A stretch of 64,000 nt of DNA. Origin: Balanoglossus misakiensis (taxonomy: Eukaryota > Animalia > Hemichordata). Within the stretch, counting starts at the first letter, position 1. Every line of letters starts with the position of its first letter. Below, one piece after another: positions 13,951 to 28,300 of this stretch. A model generated the notes under the pieces. The model saw only the letters and a program-made list of their open reading frames with translations. It had not been told where the DNA came from and ran no database searches. Location of the stretch: NCBI GenBank assembly GCA_040954595.2, contig CM082586.2, positions 310,001 through 374,000 on the forward strand. Direction: 5' to 3'. A program made the translations under genes and the position numbers.

Positions 13951-16900
13951 TCACGGTATGAAAACAAAAAATGCCAACCAGTAAAGTAAATTAAACAGCG
14001 CGAAAGCCGTTGGAAATGTAAATTGTGAAAATCTGTCTATTGTCCGTGCATCGACGAAAAAGTCAGTGGCTTCGATATCCCTGTGAGTGAGGTCACCATT
14101 TTCTGTAACATCTAAGGTGCTGTCGTGCAAACGTGTCACTTTCCTTCGAATTATTTTTTCCTCGCCATTGTTGTATTTGTGGGCATCATCAGATACTGCT
14201 TTGCTGTCCATTTCAAATGCACAATTCTCCTGTAAATAAATAAACATTCCGAGATTTAGTTTTTGAATAGTACAGATAGGAGTCCTGATTTCACATGGCA
14301 TGCCTTTGCAAGAAATAAATGTTGTTAGTATAGCCGCGTTTAATCGAACATCTTCAATACCTGTTTCACATTCATAGCTCTTGATAGAAATCAGCATTCA
14401 CAGTCAACGTTGGCTGCGACTTTTACATTTCTTTCACGCAAGAAATGTCTAACATAGTTAAAGTAATCAAACACGCCGGGATGAACAAATTACATCCCCA
14501 TTCCCGCAGTGACATGCATTTGGAAACCACTGAGTAATTCTATCCGAAGTAAATTTAATTAACTTAAATGTCAGCTCAGTTTGGTGATATAAAAACATTC
14601 CCCGCGGGCTAGGCTTGACACACATTCTGTGTGCTTTATAAAGTGCTCCCATGATGAAATATTGTATGCTTGAGCAAATCAAACTTTCTATTGTGCATTC
14701 TTGGGAAACGTCATGCTGATTTCGATTGAAATGAGACTCTCACTTTTGCACTAATGCTCAATCGGACACTGGCTTCTTTCTTCAGCCTTCGTCGTCTTGT
14801 TCGCAGGACGTGGACATAGTTGACGACGGCAAACTCCACCAAAGCCCCGAACACGAAAACTTGACACACTGCCATCCAAATATCGATGGCCTGAAAGCAA
14901 AATGGCGTAGAATCAGCGAGGATTGTCAAACAGCGCCCTCCATAGCAACCAAACTCAGATATATACACTTGGAGAAAAAGAAAACGATTATTTAAGTCAG
15001 TATTCCAAAGAAGTTCTGATTACCTTAGCATAAGCAACTTTAGGTAACGTCGCTCGTATCCCAGAATCCAACGTGGTCATCGTGAGAATTGTTGTCACGC
15101 CCAATGCAACTCTGGCGGGTGCTGCATCGTAGGTTATCCAAAATGAAACCCATGACAGTACAACCAAGAGGATGCTGGGAAGATAAGCTTGCAAAACATA
15201 GTATCCGATGTCTCGTTCCAGGAAGAAAAACGCTCTGATACAAGTAAAATTACCTGAAATATTGCATAATGTAAAAATGTATCAGGTCAATGATCGAAAA
15301 CAGATGTTCACACTCTAAGCCTTAGTCAAAAACAAATCTCGGTGGAAGACAATCCGTTTACACTGTCTTCTCTGTCTGTCTGTAATCGTTCGTCTAATCA
15401 TCCACCTTCCTGTCTGTCTGTCTGTCTACATGTATGCCTGTCTGTCTCACCTGTTACGTATTCCTTGGTGCAAGTCTCCGTTACTGTCTTTTTGATCTTA
15501 AACTGTGGGAGTTTTAGATTGCTCTCTGTTTGCACGGGGTTATTTTCCAACCACTCGAAATTCAAATCCCTGGTAGTGTATCCATCTGAAATACAGACGA
15601 TGTATAAGTAATCTAATAAGAAATCTAAACGTAGTTAAAAGAAGATGCCGATTCAATATAAATGTTATAAATAATCGACTTGTCCCCACGCATTTGACAG
15701 GCAGTAATATAATCCTACTTGGTTGAGAGCGCTCAGGTAATGAAACGCCAAGGTCGTATCGTTGATTTAAGGTATCTTAGACGGTGGAATTGCATTAAAT
15801 TGCATTCGCAGTAAAGAATAACTGTATGAACCTCATATTATTTATCGCTTTTCATTGTTATTTCATTGGCCGGAAGGTGATTAGGAAAGGGTATAGGGTT
15901 ATGACGTAAACAGGACAAAGCGTTATAATTAATTGCATATTTCAGTGATGCCTACAGCTGTTTACTACAATGGACCATTCAATGTTTGAAATATGTTACT
16001 AATGCCCGCGTTCATGAAACCGTATAATAAACCAGCTTACCAACAGTTTTTTTATTGAAACATTTAATGCTTTTGTTTAATTCGATTAATTCCTAGCATT
16101 TAGGGTTTCAACACAGACAATGTGCGTCTGGCATAATAACGGGCGAGACGGAGTTAATGTCATTTGCAAACAGAAGCAAAGGATGTCACCAGCGCACAGA
16201 CCATGCTCTAGGGAGATAAATGTTGCTACAAAGAATGTTAAAAAGGTCTTGTGAAATTCGGAAAATGGTATATTGCCACTATACCAAAGATGGTAATATA
16301 GACTAAACTCACAGCTCTCCATTCTCATCTCACATACTTGGTGATCCAAGGGAAATCTTTTCAGATCCATACTGCATGCCAATGTCAAGCTGTACCTAAG
16401 AGTGAAAAGGATAACGTTTACATAAATTAGAATAAATAAAAAAAGAACCAGCAACGTCTGCCTTGTAGATTTGTGTGGGCCCACAGCGATAACCAGATTG
16501 AATCGGAGAAAAAAGTTAAATGTTGTTAGAGTGTCAGTATCAGTAACCCCTGCAAAGTTCCAGTCATCATCTGAGCGGAAAGCATTTTGTTGAAATCCAC
16601 AACCAATTTTAAATTAATGAGCACTATTTGCAACATTATCGCATGCCTATAATTTATTTAACAAATATTTTGTTTTCATAAAGTTGTTTAATGATTCTGT
16701 GATGTTGCGAGCATATGGTATAATATTGATTTTTTCTTTACATCAAGAACATGACAGAGGGTCTGTGATTGTATGGCAGGGCTTTAAAAGGCTTTTAAAA
16801 ACAGCACTGGTGGTAGCGAATCACTTATTTAGTGAATTGCAACATATGTCACATACAGTAGATGAACGGTGAGTTAGCTGGAGGTGTTAATAGTTTACAA

Positions 16901-19900
16901 ACAATTGAGCACAGGTTTCGTGAGACATTCCATTTGGGGAAAGGGGTCATGAAGATTAGAAGTATAAATTTGTATATTTCTGATTTGTGCAAAGAACCAC
17001 AATCTCAGATTGCCGTGGAATGATTATTGATATTGCTGAAAGGAATCTACGAATTTCACAACAAAATATAAAATAATCGACAAATAAAACAATCTCGACC
17101 GTTGGCTGTAAGAACAGATGTGGTTTATGTCTATGTTGTATAAAATTAACAACCATTTTAGGTCTTTATTGAAGTCGGTTTATGACACTCATAAAATGTG
17201 TCTGACGTATTTTTATCTGCCAGCCTTGTAGGATACTCAAAGGTGAAGGCACTGAAGAATCGGTCACTTTGATGGAAAACGTGTAGTTTTAGTATCTTAA
17301 ATAGATTTACCTGAAAGTATAATCGCTGACTTCACTCTCTTTTCTGTAATTTAGTGCAGCTGTGAATAGACCATCAAGGCTGGGGAAATTAATACACACT
17401 TACCTTGAACTAAGCAAAACATTTCCATCGGGATACATTCTCAATAATCTGTTCTCTGTCGTAATGCTGTGTAGAAATCCACCCTTTTCATTGGGAAGAA
17501 ATAGATCAGGTTGCCATAACTGATTTGCAGCTTCGCCGTGTAACACCAACGGTTCTGTGTCGTTGAACTCAAGTCGTTCATCTCGCCATCTTTGGCGCAG
17601 AAATATCACCACACCGTAGTCCTAGTATCAAAGTACCAACGATAGACTTGATATTTGCGTTTTGCAAGACTAAATCCCCAAATCAATATTATGAATTAAC
17701 AGGGGGCGGTCAGAGGCAATTAAATAACTATTAAGGCTATAAAAGGAATATAGTCACCCCAACTGCATGACGGTTGCAGCAACACCAGTAGTCAGAAAAA
17801 TCGATCACCATTCAATTAAGATCGTCCTTCCTGATATCAGATTGCAAACATTGAAAAGTCGCTAATGTGTTGACTTTATGGATACAGAAGGTGTCACTTC
17901 GCTTGCTGTTGTCATTTTTCTCTGACTTCAAGATGAACAACTATTATTAAATTAAGTAATATCCATCTGTCATCGACTTAATATTTAGCCAGGATGAACT
18001 AGAAATCCCAAAGTACTTTTGTCGCTCGCTCTAAACTAGAATTAAAGAGTTGTATTTACTCACCATAGTTGCCTCTTGCACAGAATCGAAACTACTCACA
18101 AAGACATCAATGACCACTGTGACGGGACGCCCTATGGGAAACAGAAACAGAATGATATACTTTTTACAGATAAGAAATTAATCTGACAAACACTTGGCAA
18201 AAATTGCAGGATTCTATTTGTTGTATAGATTAAAAACAATTTTGGTGCAAGAAGTTAAGCCGTAAAATGTTAAACGACCCAGAAATTTGTGGTTGTACAT
18301 ACCTCTCATATTCGGTCGAAATCTTCTATCATAATTCTGCATAATATTTTCCAACACATAATGGGGCTGCATTTCATCGTAATCGGTCTGGTCTGTGTTG
18401 TTTGAATCTTGGCTGCAGAAAGACAGATGCAGAACCATGAAAACAAATCCGACAAGAACTAACTGATTTAATTTCCTGATGAAAATATAAAACACCAGGG
18501 ACTGTACGTTGGCAATTCCCTGATTTGATATTTCCCCGGAACTGTCTGATATTAAATTTTAACTGGTCCTTCTTCGCTAAATTAAATACTATCTCCAAAA
18601 GCAATCAGTTACAAGATTGAATTGAGTCTCGCCTATCGAAAGTTTTCAACAATGAATGCAAGACAAATTTCTGGATAAATAAGCACAAGACTACGGACGT
18701 TTAGAGAATTGCATGCAACGAAAAATACATTTAAAAATGCATTAACAGCGATAGCGTTCTTAGTGTTAACCAATGATTAGCAATGCATATGGCACAGTGA
18801 CCAAATTACGGTAATGATGCGAATGTAGCATCGCAATTGTAATATTGTGTAACACTTTCAACTAAACATGGCACGTATCAAACCGCCACCACAGAGCTCC
18901 GAGTTCTAATCAATTGTTTCTGTAATATTTTGTAATGCAAAGGGTCCAATAATTCAAATTTTCATCATTTACATAACGAATTTGTGACGTATGATGAATA
19001 TCGCCACAGTCGAACATGTTACAACTCTCTGTACTTAACACTGCATGCCATTACTTGCTTGAATAGCATTGAATATTTATAACACTGTTAATATTTTCAA
19101 ATACGTTTACTCTGCTGTGTTTGAATGGGGTATGGATATTCCTTGTACTTCGTATACAGTGCCCTGCTATTCTTTCCGTATTATTTGTTATTGGCAGACT
19201 TTGCTGGTAGCCCTCACAAAACTCCATACGGGTATCGATGACATACATGTTAAATGATGATACATCAAAATAAGTGGATGCCCTAGAAACAGCATAGTTT
19301 GTTACCATGAGAACCACTCCCTTCCAGGAAAAATGTACAGAAAACGGTTTGAAAGAACGATGTTTTTTGGCCTGTGTGTAATTGCAGCCCTGAAGTTCAA
19401 ATCGTACCAAACTTCTATACGTCCATCGATTCGATAATGGGGAGATCGCTAGTTGGCATCAAACGTTGGCAGAAACGTGTGAACTTTGAACTATAATCGT
19501 ATAATCCATTGTGATACACAAAGCAATATCGAAAACTAGGTAAATGGTCACGCTGTCAATGGTTCATGCAACGGTGTCTAATACATGTAATTGTGGTGTT
19601 TTTGTACTGTTTACAATTTACAACTTAGTTTGTTCGGAAATATGTATTAAAATGACAACATAAAAATATCTCCCTTTAGAATTGAATGGAGGCCTCCAAT
19701 GCAAGTCATTCTAGCTTAATCCCCGTCTCACACCAAAGTACTTCAATGCCAGTAGAAACCGCGTTATCTCATTATAATTCCGATCGTCACGATAGCTTTT
19801 AATTAATTTTGACATATGATCGAACTCTTGTTTCAATTTGAAGACGACTGAGGGTTTGACGTAAACAATGATTGATGTTGGTGATAATCATATCGACAAA

Positions 19901-22900
19901 CATGCAAAGGCATACAGCATAAAGTCAATGTTTCCTATCCCAATTACTCACACACTAAACCCCCCCCCCCCCAAAAAAAAAGATTATCATATAGCAAGTA
20001 TGAAATGAAATGACAGAGTTATTGAATCTATAGTTTTCGCATTTGTGGGGGAAACCGTAAGTTTTTATGCAAATTGACAAAATTTTCATCGAGGCATTAT
20101 AACTGACAAAGAGGTGTTTTCAGACATATAATCATCACCAAGTTAAAGGGACTTCATATCAAAGACAAACAAGTCACAGGTGGTGGGATGCAATGTGTCC
20201 ATGACTCAATGCTTTCAACAAACATAAAATTAACCAAATCAATAAATATAACAAAAAATACGACACGAATTTGGATAAAGATTATTTTAATAGTAAATGT
20301 GATATCGCATTATCACAAAAAAAAATCCTGCTAAATATCACAATTATGTGTCTGATCTGATTTTAAAATGTTTCATCGAAGGTCACTTTGATAGTGAGAT
20401 ACAGCTGGCCTCGTAAAGCGTTGAATTATAATAATTGTTGCCAAAATTACATGTATGCCTAAAGAGCTTATTAATGACGATAAATCTCAAACGGATCTAA
20501 TATAGCACAACCTTAGCCTGACCTTTCTATGATAGTGCATCTAACAAGACTTTACCTATCAATACAACTGTACCCATAATCAATTATGGAAAAAGACAAA
20601 GTCAACACAATGGGCGACCAAATTTAATATACTCAATGGAATCTATGAAGAAATCGTAGGTTTGTGCGCGAAATAATTCCCAACGGATGCTTTTCCCGCG
20701 TCGCGTCCTTTTAACTGATTTCAACTGAAGAGGAAACGCCCAACTGATATGTTATCAAACTTGGAAATCAAGAAATGGATGCACTCAGGAAATTAAATCA
20801 ATTTGATGAAATTAGTTTCCTGTTGCAATAATACCAACAATATACCCCAACAAATCTGTGGTTGGCTGGATCTTAAGTTTCCATGGAAAATATGGTTAAA
20901 TATTCATAGACCGTTTATCTTTAATGCATGTTTCTATCAAAGAAATGATCATCGCCGGCAGCAGCACACGACTGTCCCAGTGTTTATAATTAAATGTGTT
21001 TGAGGTGCTTTGAAAATTGTTTTAGGTGTTGATTTTGCTATTTGTTGTCGACGTATTACAATATGGTCACGATAATTAAGGTCGGGAACTTTGCCCATGT
21101 CGTCATCGACTCAACTAGCTTTTTAAAAATGCTGGTCAGACCTGTTCTCACACTGGCATTAAGCTATGACACAAATTATTTGAAATTAAAGTCATTATTC
21201 GACAGTAGCTTAGGTTCAAGGCGACACAATTTTGAAGACCTTGTTTATAAAACAGTATGATTCGGCCTTGACCAGAAATTACCACCCACTAAAACAACGT
21301 CGCGGCGAAGATGAAATTTGCTGGCGAATTCATGCATAATTCTGGTAATATATATTCACGTCAGTCAACAGTACACGAGTTCATAATAGTAAAGCCGCTT
21401 GGTCGACTCTTTGACCGAAATGTACGGCTCCATTTTTAGACAGGGATCTTTACTCGACTTAGAACACCTTTACCATTCATTCCACCTTGTACAACCAGTC
21501 AGATTTAAAACAACGTCTAGGTTGAGTAATTAATCGCGATTAGAAGGTTCATTGGGGGAAAAACAGGTCACCAGTATACATTTAGAATTGTGGGGTATTG
21601 TCCCGCTATTACATGGCATTTATTGCCATAATAGTTTTATATGAATAGGTTTCAATTGAATCAGCCGGAGAAAGCGTTCGATTAATACACGACAGCAAAT
21701 AGCATAGGTGTAGTTTAAACTGTCTGCAAACTTTAATCCGTTTAAAGGCAGGGCTTTATGTATATTCTCATGAGCAATGAAAGAATATTGTTTTTATAAC
21801 TTCTCAATTTTCCTCTCTCAATAAGACTGTTCTGCAAAAGCTAACAAAAGGGTTTAGCAAACTTGTGTCGCAGGTTTCTCCATGCCAAGCCCCTCCCCCC
21901 CGTCGACTTCATGAAACCAGTAGCACTTAATTTCCTAAATGGTGGTTCTATGTAAAATAGATACGACAAAAGGCTTGGTCACAACACTTTAAAAACTTGA
22001 AAAACAGATCTGGCCTCTGTGCATGCGTTCGAGTACTTAAAGTCACCAAGGTCAGAATCCGACAGACCGTGAATATCCTTTTGTGACTTCGTACAGCCGA
22101 TAGTTGTGTACTGTTTTCATGCGAGATGAATGTTTTTGTCACAGTAGAATAAAATGGGGCTGGGTCAAAACTTAAAACGACCCTTTGCGTGGATACACGA
22201 CTTTAAATGAAGATGGACGATATCAGGCTCACAACATGACGGCATAAACACACAGTTTCCAGGGTTTTACATCACTTTTTACTTTTGGGAGTCCCTGGGA
22301 CTCCTAGTGTTGAAAAATGGGGGTCCTACATCAAACCATGGGGGTCCCAATTTATTTCACCGTTTTTTTATCATTTTATCAATGCTGGAAATTAGAAAAT
22401 CCTTCTGTGAATGGGCAACGATTGTAAGAATCAATACCAATCCAAATCATAAAATGATATTGTCTACAAGATATAGGGAGTAATTCCAAGATCAACTGTA
22501 GTATGGCTAGGGGTCCCATCTTTAACATCACCTTATGAGTGACCCTTTGACCTAAAGCATATAATATGGAGAATACCAGTACATATACTCTCAACTTGGT
22601 CTTCTTGAAGAAATTTGCAGCTGAATCTATATTTAAAGTTTAAGTTCAGGGTTTTCAACAAAACTAAGACTGCTGGTACTCATGGACGGAGTTGGTTTCA
22701 GAGCAATAGGAGTCACGGTAGTTCACTGCTTGCACACAGCCAAGTGCGATATAGGGTGTGATATCGCAGTGTAACTTACAATTCCCAAGAGGGTGACTGC
22801 GTGAACGTAAACTGTATCAAATTCAACAATAAACCAAGTTTGCTACAAGTTTGTTGTGAAACTGTTATCAGTATCGATTACAGGTCATAAGGTCATTAAC

Positions 22901-23682
22901 TGTTTAATTGACTCTCTGTGTACGCGTACACCCATTAGATATCAGGAAACGCGCAACTACCGTCGCAACAACAGACATATTTCATGCGTCCCAGGGGACG
23001 CATGGTTTAGTTTTTGACGGGTCCTACGCCCAGTTTTGTGCGTAAAGGACGCAGAAATGCGCGTCATGTAAAACCCTGAGTTTCGCTTAGGCAGCTGCCG
23101 TTTACATTATAATCCAAAGCTATAACCAGTGATTTGATTGCCAATTTAAGCACAAGCCTTGCATTTATTCAACCAATTACTTAATATTAAAGTCATCGGC
23201 TGGTGTTCATCTCTGTTGGTTCGCGTCTTAATCTACATTGGTAAAATGAAAACGTCGCGTCAGCGGTATAGCGGCTGATGTTTGGTGTTTTATTAAAACA
23301 CATTTTGACACTTTATTCAAACACGACACCGACAAAGCAATTGTTTGCGTTAATAGGTGTCAAAATCCAGTTAGACTAATTCACGAAGACAGCGTCAGTT
23401 ATGCTGGACCTCAATCGCACAGAAAATCTCGTCCAAACAATTTCTCTCGATGTTTCTTTCATTCTTCTCTTTCATTTGTACAAATCATGTTAAGCATTCG
23501 TCCTACTCTTCAGCCAAGAACACGCCCGTCCCGAAGCTGACACTGTCAACTCCCACCAACACACTGATCTTTCAAAACATATTGTTTACATACCTTGACA
23601 GAGCGCAATAACTCGATGGCAGGAACAGCAAACCTATGAACAAAACGGCAGCCTGTGCCTCTATACTACTGGAGATCTTCAT
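13951..23682 (-). CDS. Glycine receptor alpha-like Cys-loop ligand-gated chloride channel subunit, paralog B, 9 coding exons
   Basis: Exons 23594-23682 (signal peptide [29 protein letters not shown]), 18303-18412 (YDRRFRPN), 18064-18131, 17404-17621 ([18 protein letters not shown]), 16313-16395 (Cys-loop [15 protein letters not shown]), 15451-15585, 15024-15253 ([19 protein letters not shown]), 14744-14890 (AIDIWMAVC), 13951-14229 (TM4). Phases are consistent throughout. Confidence 0.94.
22260..23078. mobile_element. Non-autonomous hAT-like DNA transposon, 819 bp, 6-bp TSD, in intron 1 of GlyR-like B
   Basis: Perfect 13-bp TIR CAGGGTTTTACAT / ATGTAAAACCCTG. Direct repeat AGTTTC at 22254-22259 and 23079-23084. 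Clustered subterminal GGG(G/A)TCC and GGACGCA motifs. Confidence 0.85.
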
Positions 23683-23885
23683 CGTGAAAAAAAATCACAC
23701 TTTGGTCAAACCATATTGCGACGGAGAGTAGTCCGAGAGAGTGAAATAAATAGGTCACTGTGTGTACACAATTCTTTTCAACGGAGGCCAGTAGTCACTC
23801 CATAGTGCGTTCTGCGCTTCGGTCCAATTTGAATGACTTAATTGTGAAAGCACTTTTATTAAATAGCAACAAATATATAGATTGC

Positions 23886-23901
23886 GCGCCCTCTTGTGGC
23901 A
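23886..23901 (-). promoter_or_regulatory. CTCF-like motif upstream of GlyR-like B
   Basis: Reverse complement TGCCACAAGAGGGCGC fits the CTCF core CCASYAGRKGGCRS with one mismatch. Confidence 0.5.
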
Positions 23902-25362
23902 GGTATTCTCTGTCGCTTATATTGCGTTGGTGGCAAAATTTCCCCCAAGAAATTCGGAATGACCAAACTATAGCTATTGACATAGTCAGGGTTGAAGCTG
24001 TTTATTAATGAAGGTTAAAGATGCTAAACAGTAAACATAAATAACAAATTGTATGTCGTCATGGATACTGCACTTGTTTTGAGAGTGTAATAAGTATGGT
24101 AATTTTCGATTAGTGCCTTATCATGAGCTTATTAGCATATAAAGTCATTAGCATATTTACATATTATAAAACCTGGAGACAAAAAATAATAGTACAGTAA
24201 TTAGTAAATGTTTTATTAAATATTCTGTAATTGCAATGTAAATCATGCTGTCACCTCTGAATTCACTAGGAACACACATAATGAGTAATTGTATTAGACA
24301 TGTTGTTTGCACATGTTCATCGATTTACCCCATGCGTATGAGGTTTTTCAAGGAAGTAAAAGTCAACTCGATAGATGTGTTTATTCGTTTTCAAACTGAC
24401 ATTTCTGGTTATAGATTTAATTGATTCAAATAAGCGGTGGTATTCTAATAAATTATTCAATTCCTTCCGGTTATACAGGCTTAGTACAGTGTCCGTGTAA
24501 AAACGGTTAGAGGGACTCAGTTTTCCACCACAAATATACATATCACATGAAAACTAACTCACTATGTGGCTTGTAACTCAATCTCAGATAAATTATCCGA
24601 TTCAAGGTCATTTTTGTAAATCTGTCTGCGCCATACCCCCACATGGCGATGTATACAGCCAGTTAGCATGCGGCTTTTAGTCTCAGCCAGTGGTTGTTGT
24701 GCGATGGTTTTTAACTCCGGTGGTAATCGAAGCAGAGATGTAGATTAATGTGAAGTATATTGATGTCATAAATCGTTGAGAATGTGACACTGGCATGCTA
24801 TGTCTCTACGGAGAAAGAGCGTTGCCAGCAGTAACACATCGAGAATAACGCCCAAGCATACCTTACACGACATGACATCTGCAATTTGCATTCCCATCAG
24901 CGATCACAGGTTGACAGAAATTTGTGTTTGTGCGCACAGACAGATCGAGACTTGTGGCCAGGGAGACACGTAACTTGTAAGACTTGATTTGAGATTTAGA
25001 GAGACATGTCGCTGTTTTGCTATTCGGACCACAAAATCAAATGTCACTCATGGCCTTAATGATGATGATGATACAGACATCATAGCCAACTTCATTGATA
25101 CTATTGTGCTCAGTGATATCGCATCACGGCAACCTGCATATATTCGTAAGCCACTTATGATTATATTTTTCAAGTACTTGTCTAGAACCTGGTCTTATCC
25201 AACCATTCAGTTCATTTACGTGAACCAGAAAACAGTTTCATAGGTCCAAAGACAAACGTTCTCGTCGACTTTGCTCAGTTGACGAAAGTACACACATTCA
25301 ACAGTCCGGCGTGTAGATGCAAAATAAAGTAAAAGACGGTTTTGCTGCCAATTTGTTTCAAA

Positions 25363-28300
25363 TCAGCGACTCAACAATGAAGGCCAATAGATGGCATTGA
25401 ATGAAATGAAAATGAGAGGAAAGATAATTCGCGAGACTCTATCGATGTTATCGGCTGTCAGAAGAGGTTGCAGTCGATTGGTGGTCTTGTTGAGCACAGT
25501 GGTAGATTCATTTGGCGAAGGAGTCTGTTTATTCCTTTCCAAGGTGTCCATCTCAATGTTTTCATATCCAAAGTCGCCGCCATTATTCTGCAAACAAAAC
25601 GTCAAACAGACGTCAGACGTGTGTAATTGGGTCAACTGAATCAATCATAGCTTAGAGGCCGGAGTAGCCCGGAGACTATAGCCGGAGTGACAGATACATG
25701 ATCAAAGGGCTGTTGGTTTAATCTCTAGCAAGGCTTCGGTGTTGTGTCTTTCAGAAAGCAACTTCTCATACTCCTGTGTTTGTATGGTTAAAATTGAACC
25801 AGTCACCCTATCCTCTGAACACAAAACGAATGAAAAAAGAATTACCTGATCAGATTTCTTTGTCTCCAGTTCTTTTTCTTCCGTGAACTTTTTCTCTTCG
25901 TCTCGTTGTTTCTTCAGTTTCTTTTGATAAATACTGATGTAGTTGACACCAGCGAATTCAACCAGAGCGGCAAAGACGAAGACTAGACACACGGCCATCC
26001 AGATGTCTATGGCCTGATGTATGCAAAATAGAAAACAAACTCCGAATAATTAAACAAGGATTTTATGATGTGGGCATTTGAATTAATCACAGATTTGAGA
26101 CGCAGATATTATACATTTCAATGCCTTAAAATCTCAAAAAATGCGAATACGTGTATTTTAGAAAGTTAGGGTAAACTTGTTTAGTCTCTTGACATGTATT
26201 ATTTACGAACGAACGCCCGCAATCAAACCAAATACAAGACTACATGCTTCGTTGGGCAGAAAAGGTTAAGAGTTGCTGGTATGCGAGGTTTCTAATTCTG
26301 GAGTTATGGCAGATGTTTTATTTTTGCGTCGGTACTATCATATGTGGGCGAATAGATTCCATTGGAGTCACAATGCATGCACTCAGATGAGCAAGAGTTT
26401 AACGACTGAAGTGAGATTTGCTAGATTGTACTCTGTACAGAGAAGTAAGGGTAGGGTTTCGGATGAAAAGTCGCGCATCTTTGCGATGTAAAACTTGTTT
26501 ATTAGGACACTTCTCCATCTTACTAAGAAAGATTAGATGGAGGTGAAGCAACAAAATTGCTCAGTGACCTCGAACTATATAGTATGTATGTCTGTAACAT
26601 ATAAGGGTATGCCTTCCAAGTCACACTGCCCCAATTTCATGAACCTGTTTAGGGAGTGGTGGGTTGACAATATTGATCATTTCAGTCCATGTTTAATTTT
26701 GCCGTCAGCATGCTGTATTGAAATGCCGAATACTGATCATTGCAACTTGTTATAGACAATAGAGTGAGGCACTAAGCACAGTAACAAACACTCCTCTTTA
26801 AAATGAGTGATATTGCTATACCTTTGGATAGGAGACTTTAGGAAGCTGTGACCTTATTCCAGCATCGAGGGTTGTCAGGGTCAATATGGTGGTAACTCCT
26901 AGAGCGACTCTAGCTGGCGCTGCTTCGTAGCTGATCCAGAAAGACACCCAGGATAAGACCACCAGAATGATACTGGGAAGATATGCTTGTAGTATGTAGT
27001 AGCCCACTTCTCTGTCCAAATAGAATTCGGCCTCGATGCAACTGAACGTCCCTTTATCAAAAAAGTAACTTTACTTAATGACTTTGTGGTGTTATGTCGA
27101 ACACAAGCCAATAGTTAATGGTGTTAATGAAAGTTCTCACGGATAGACGCGCTTTCTTTTGTGTGAAACCAATATTTGCAAGTCAAATTTGGGTTCGCGT
27201 TTTAATCGATTATGTAAATTTTTCCTTAACTCGATAAATACTAATCGCTTCCTTCATTTCAAGTTCCGCGTCAGACAATTTGTCAATATTGAGCGGTAAA
27301 ACTTCAACTAAGTCACTAATTGATATTCATTGCTGGTTCCTTAATTAATTGATATCCATGTAGTTAAAATAATGATGGGGCGTTTTAGGGCTGATGTACG
27401 AACATCGCATGTCAAGTAGTATGTCTTATGGCCAATGCTAAATGTTCAATGTAATTTGTGAGACAATCGATGGAGCAGGTGGATTCATGATCCGGAATTC
27501 TTCACTTCCATCACGATCAGATAATCATTTAGGTTTATTTGCATTGCAGACCGTCACGATTGCTGGCAATAAAACGAATAAAATGTAGTTTGTCGATTGG
27601 CTTTGATGCCGCATCCGTGTGATTCCGGGCTTGTGGGACCAATGTGTCCTTGACCGCAAAATGCCTCTTCTTGCTCGAGTCTGTGTCGTCAATTTACGAG
27701 TTAAACATGTCTGGCTTTCACATTTTACCTGTGCTGTATTCTTTGGTGCAATTCTTTGTCACCATTCCTGTGATACCAAACTGCGGCAACTTTAGTTCGT
27801 CGTCCTTCTGGATTGGTTTATCAACGTTCCATTCAAACTTCAAATCTTTTGTTGTGTACCCATCTACATGAATAGAAACAAAGCGAAATCTGTCATTAAG
27901 TATAATAACGCCTTTGATTTTTGAAAGCAAACGATTCTGACATGAGTGTAGCAAAGAGCAACGTCAACCTCTAAAACTGACAATGACTCTAGACTTCACC
28001 AATACCCTCTAAATTCCCGGATGTACTTACAACTTTCCAATCTGATCCGACACACTTGACTGTCCATTGGAAAACTGTGCAAAGACATGTAGCACGACAA
28101 CTTGAGGCTGTATCTGCCAACACAATGATAAGAATACAGATTGTAACAAAGAACCAAACGACCGCCATATTATAACTGAAAATAATGTTTGAACAGAAAT
28201 AATCAATAAATCCATTATCCGAATCACACCTTGTACTGTATAGCAACTGTCCGTCCGGGTAGATTCTAACTATTTGGTTTTCAACAGTCACTGTGTGTAA

